Shown in pieces: positions 61,357 to 64,000 of a DNA stretch of 64,000 nt (its first letter is position 1; every line of letters starts with the position of its first letter). The DNA is from Phycisphaeraceae bacterium (lineage in GTDB: Bacteria > Planctomycetota > Phycisphaerae > Phycisphaerales > UBA1924). The notes beneath the pieces are model-generated. The model saw nothing but the letters and a program-made list of their open reading frames with translations, ran no database searches and was not told the DNA's origin. The stretch lies in contig JAHBWW010000006.1 in assembly GCA_019636795.1 (NCBI GenBank), positions 39,253 through 103,252 of the forward strand, given 5' to 3'. The position numbers and the translations under genes are program-made.

Positions 61357-61728
61357 TCAGCGGTTGTCGTAGCGGATGATTTCGTCGATTGTGTTGTCGG
61401 GCTTCATGAGGACGGCGCGGGGTTTGTGGAGGCGGTATTCGTCGTCGTTCATGAAAGCGTAGTGCATGATGATGACGACATCGCCTTTTGAGGCGAGGTG
61501 GCCTGCGGCACCGTTGATGATGATTTGTCGTGAGCCGGCTTCGCCGCGGAAGACATAGGTCTCGAAGCGTGAGCCGGTGTTGCAGTTGGCGATGACGACC
61601 TGGTCGTTTGGGCGCATGCCGCTGGCTTCGAGGAGGTCGGCGTCGATGGTGATGGAGCCGACGTAGTCGATGCGTGCTTCGGTGACGACGGCTCGGTGGA
61701 TTTTGGAGTGAAGGACTGCACGAAACAT
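61357..61728 (-). CDS. panD: aspartate 1-decarboxylase (pyruvoyl-dependent)
   Basis: MFRAVLHSKIHRAVVTEARIDYVGSITID (Gly-Ser self-processing site), NGAAGHL. First gene of the NRPS operon. Confidence 0.95.
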   Translation of the reverse strand: MFRAVLHSKIHRAVVTEARIDYVGSITIDADLLEASGMRPNDQVVIANCNTGSRFETYVFRGEAGSRQIIINGAAGHLASKGDVVIIMHYAFMNDDEYRLHKPRAVLMKPDNTIDEIIRYDNR

Positions 61729-61878
61729 GGAAAACTCCCCAGAAATGGTGTGGCAGCGATGGCGGCGCACGGACTTTTAAGTCGTAGCGTGCCTGTGATG
61801 TGGAACTCACGATATGGGATAACTGCTGGTTGGCTGATGATCTCTCTGGGCGCAATATACGAGCGTAAGGTACAGGAT

Positions 61879-61916
61879 TCAATAGAATTTGCGCCGGAAT
61901 TCAGGGGAAATTCACT
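61879..61916. promoter_or_regulatory. AT-rich motif cluster in the panD-NRPS upstream region (candidate operator)
   Basis: TCAATAGAATTT matches the feoA-upstream TCAATAGAGTTT at 11 of 12 positions. It is followed by GAATTT-gcgccg-GAATTC-agggg-AAATTC, which has dyad symmetry. Confidence 0.25.
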
Positions 61917-62106
61917 CTGGTATGGAGTCCGCTTGGACTTCAGCTCAAGGTGACTGAATGAGGGATGAATAGTTGTTGGCGGTTGAAGTGCTTTTGTCGT
62001 GTTTTGTACCTGGTATCAGACGGGCATCGTGCATGAACGGATATGGTGGCGATGTTGGGGTACGGTCGGATAACGAAGTGGATGAGTCTGAGTGTGAGGA
62101 GGATGG

Positions 62107-63996
62107 ATGCTGACGATTGATGAATTGGCGAGCGATTGGCTGAAACCTGAGCGTGAAGAGGAGTTCAGCCTGCCGGTGATAACGAACTTTCGGGGGGTGG
62201 TGCAGGCGGCGTGGGACGTTGCGGGTGTTCAGAACTGGGTGTGTGCGCCGACGGGGATGGCGACGCCTACGGGGCTGATGTTCTGGAGCGATGGCGAGCG
62301 GATTCGCCGGTATCCGCGGAGCGTTGCGTACAGGTGGAAGGCGTACGAAATCGAACGGATGGGAGTGGGGGTGGGGGCGGGTGTGAGCAGTTTTGTGCGT
62401 ATGGCGGCGGGGCTGCCGGTGGTGATGGAGCGGATTCGGTTTGCGCGGTCGATGCGGATTCATCTGGTGTTTGGGGGGCTGCCTCGAGTGTGGCGGTTTA
62501 CGGACTACTGGAATGTGCCGCCTGAGGATGTGCCGATGCTCAACGTCGAACGGCATGAGGGGCGGTTTGTCTTGACGGATACGAAGACGTTTGGCATGGC
62601 GGAGTTTCATGTGCCGGGGGAGCTTCGGGTGTTTTCGGATCTGTGCGCGTGGCGTGATGGTGATGAGGAAGTGGAGCGTGGTCGCGTTGGAGTTGCGACG
62701 GTTGATGTGGTTGCGGGCGATGAGGTGATGTGGTATGGGGTGCAGGGGTGTGAGTCTGGGTCGGTGGTGGATGTTGAAGAGGCGTGGGACTCGGGGCGTG
62801 AGGAGTGGGAGCGGACGTGGAAGGCGGCGTTTGAGCCGGGAAATACGGTGTTTTCGGGGAGTCTGCCGAGGCGAGAGCGTGGGGGCGGGCTTGAACGGTT
62901 GTATGACATGTCGGTTTTGTCGTTGTTGATGACGCGGCGGGAGATGCCGGAGTTATCGGAGAGAGCGGGCGTTGCGACCGGGGGGCAGTGCATCTGGACG
63001 GAGGAGGTTCGGCCTTTGAAGACGGCGTATGTGATCGGTGGGCCTGAGGGTGCGCCGACGACGTGTTTTTTGTGGGAGATGGAGTTTCAGGCGTCGATGC
63101 TGGCGCGGTTGGACCCGGCGGTGCTGCGCGAGATGATGGAAGCGATGATGCGCGTGGACCTGCACGAGCATTGGGGCGTGGAGATGGTGAGCGGGCGCGG
63201 GGCGGGGATGGGGTATGGGATCAATGCGGGGGCGTTTTTGTCGGTGGTTCGGGACTATGTGCGTGTGACGGGGGATCGAGCGTGGGCGATGAGGCATCTG
63301 GAGTATCTGCGGAGTTGTGCGCGGCGGGAGTTGACGGACTATGGGCACTATCAGCACATTCTGGAGTGTGTGAGTTCGTATGAACACACGATCGCGTCGT
63401 TCAATGCGCTGAATGTCGCGGGGTTGCGGTTTCTGGAAGAGTTGACGGGTGAGGGGGAGTATGGGCGTGCTGCCGATGAGTTGGCGGGGCGCGTGCTGGA
63501 GTTGTATGAGGGCGGGCCTTATGCGTGTGTGCTGCCGGATGGGCGTCGGCGGACGGTGAAGACGGTGCTGGATTTTGTGTATGTTGGGCGGTGTCTTGCG
63601 GAGGATCTTTCGGGGGAGATGAAGAGGGGGATGGTGGAGTTCTTTGAGCGGGACCTGAAGACGGAGGATTGGGTGTATGCGCTTTCGCCTCGGGATGAGA
63701 ATGCGCTGACGCGAGGGCTGCCGAGTTTTCAGACGTTCAGGGCGGACCATCAGGCGACGGGGGCGTATGACGGGTGGCCTGCGCGTGCGGCGGAGGTTTT
63801 GTTGCGTTTCGGCAGGCGTGACGAGGCGATTGAGTGGCTGGGTGGGATTGAACGTGTGACGCGTGAGGGGCCTTTTGGGCAGGCGCATTACATTTATGAG
63901 GATGGGGCGCGCAAGGCGAGTTTCTTCAACGGGAACATGTATCTTTCGACAGCGGGGTGTGCGTATGCGGGGGTGATGATTGAGTTTGGGGTTTGA
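62107..63996 (+). CDS. hypothetical protein (629 aa)
   Basis: ATG behind GAGGAGG. Coding-like composition throughout. Divergent from the NRPS operon. No catalytic motif recognised; only a vague resemblance to (alpha/alpha)6 glycosidase-like proteins. Confidence 0.55.
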   Translation: MLTIDELASDWLKPEREEEFSLPVITNFRGVVQAAWDVAGVQNWVCAPTGMATPTGLMFWSDGERIRRYPRSVAYRWKAYEIERMGVGVGAGVSSFVRMAAGLPVVMERIRFARSMRIHLVFGGLPRVWRFTDYWNVPPEDVPMLNVERHEGRFVLTDTKTFGMAEFHVPGELRVFSDLCAWRDGDEEVERGRVGVATVDVVAGDEVMWYGVQGCESGSVVDVEEAWDSGREEWERTWKAAFEPGNTVFSGSLPRRERGGGLERLYDMSVLSLLMTRREMPELSERAGVATGGQCIWTEEVRPLKTAYVIGGPEGAPTTCFLWEMEFQASMLARLDPAVLREMMEAMMRVDLHEHWGVEMVSGRGAGMGYGINAGAFLSVVRDYVRVTGDRAWAMRHLEYLRSCARRELTDYGHYQHILECVSSYEHTIASFNALNVAGLRFLEELTGEGEYGRAADELAGRVLELYEGGPYACVLPDGRRRTVKTVLDFVYVGRCLAEDLSGEMKRGMVEFFERDLKTEDWVYALSPRDENALTRGLPSFQTFRADHQATGAYDGWPARAAEVLLRFGRRDEAIEWLGGIERVTREGPFGQAHYIYEDGARKASFFNGNMYLSTAGCAYAGVMIEFGV

Positions 63997-64000
63997 GGTC

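Overview
High-GC bacterial chromosome segment. Gene content suggests the PVC superphylum, probably Planctomycetota/Phycisphaerae-like: two PEP-CTERM proteins, a beta-helix protein with a GC-type dockerin tail, a Minf_1886-type protein and bactofilins. This placement is inference only. All calls come from reading motifs by eye; no searches were run. Many long Arg/Pro/Ser/Thr-rich ORFs in the track are antisense or off-frame artefacts of the GC content. The track also labels GTG/TTG starts as M, so several starts were re-trimmed. (1) 1-38.3 kb is ordinary core: a VWA/BatA-like protein (window-truncated, missing from the track), accB-accC, coaD, bioY, ubiE/menG, resB-ccsA, mpg, feoAB, two bactofilins, ppa, pheS, rpsT, tRNA-Arg and tRNA-Glu. 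(2) 38.4-42.9 kb, just after tRNA-Glu, looks lower in GC. It carries a membrane protein/XRE regulator pair and a McrBC-type restriction system whose McrB N-terminal domain I cannot assign. (3) 44.9-48.4 kb is repeat-dense. A REP-associated tyrosine transposase (RAYT) gene is bracketed by inverted copies of a ~63-bp double-hairpin REP element, which has 7 copies in under 3 kb. The same stretch holds an AT-rich foreign-looking gene cassette between inverted REPs, a 21-bp x 6 tandem array, a second hairpin repeat family and a cluster of GC stem-loops. (4) 48.3-61.7 kb is a compact minus-strand operon: panD, then NRPS (formyltransferase-like-A-T-C-A-T-E), then NRPS (C-A-T-TE), then an Sfp-type PPTase. 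The third adenylation domain lacks the canonical Asp235 (V-D instead of D-x). Together with the co-transcribed aspartate decarboxylase, this suggests a beta-alanine-terminated N-formyl tripeptide. This operon and the REP/RAYT region beside it are the most interesting parts of the window.
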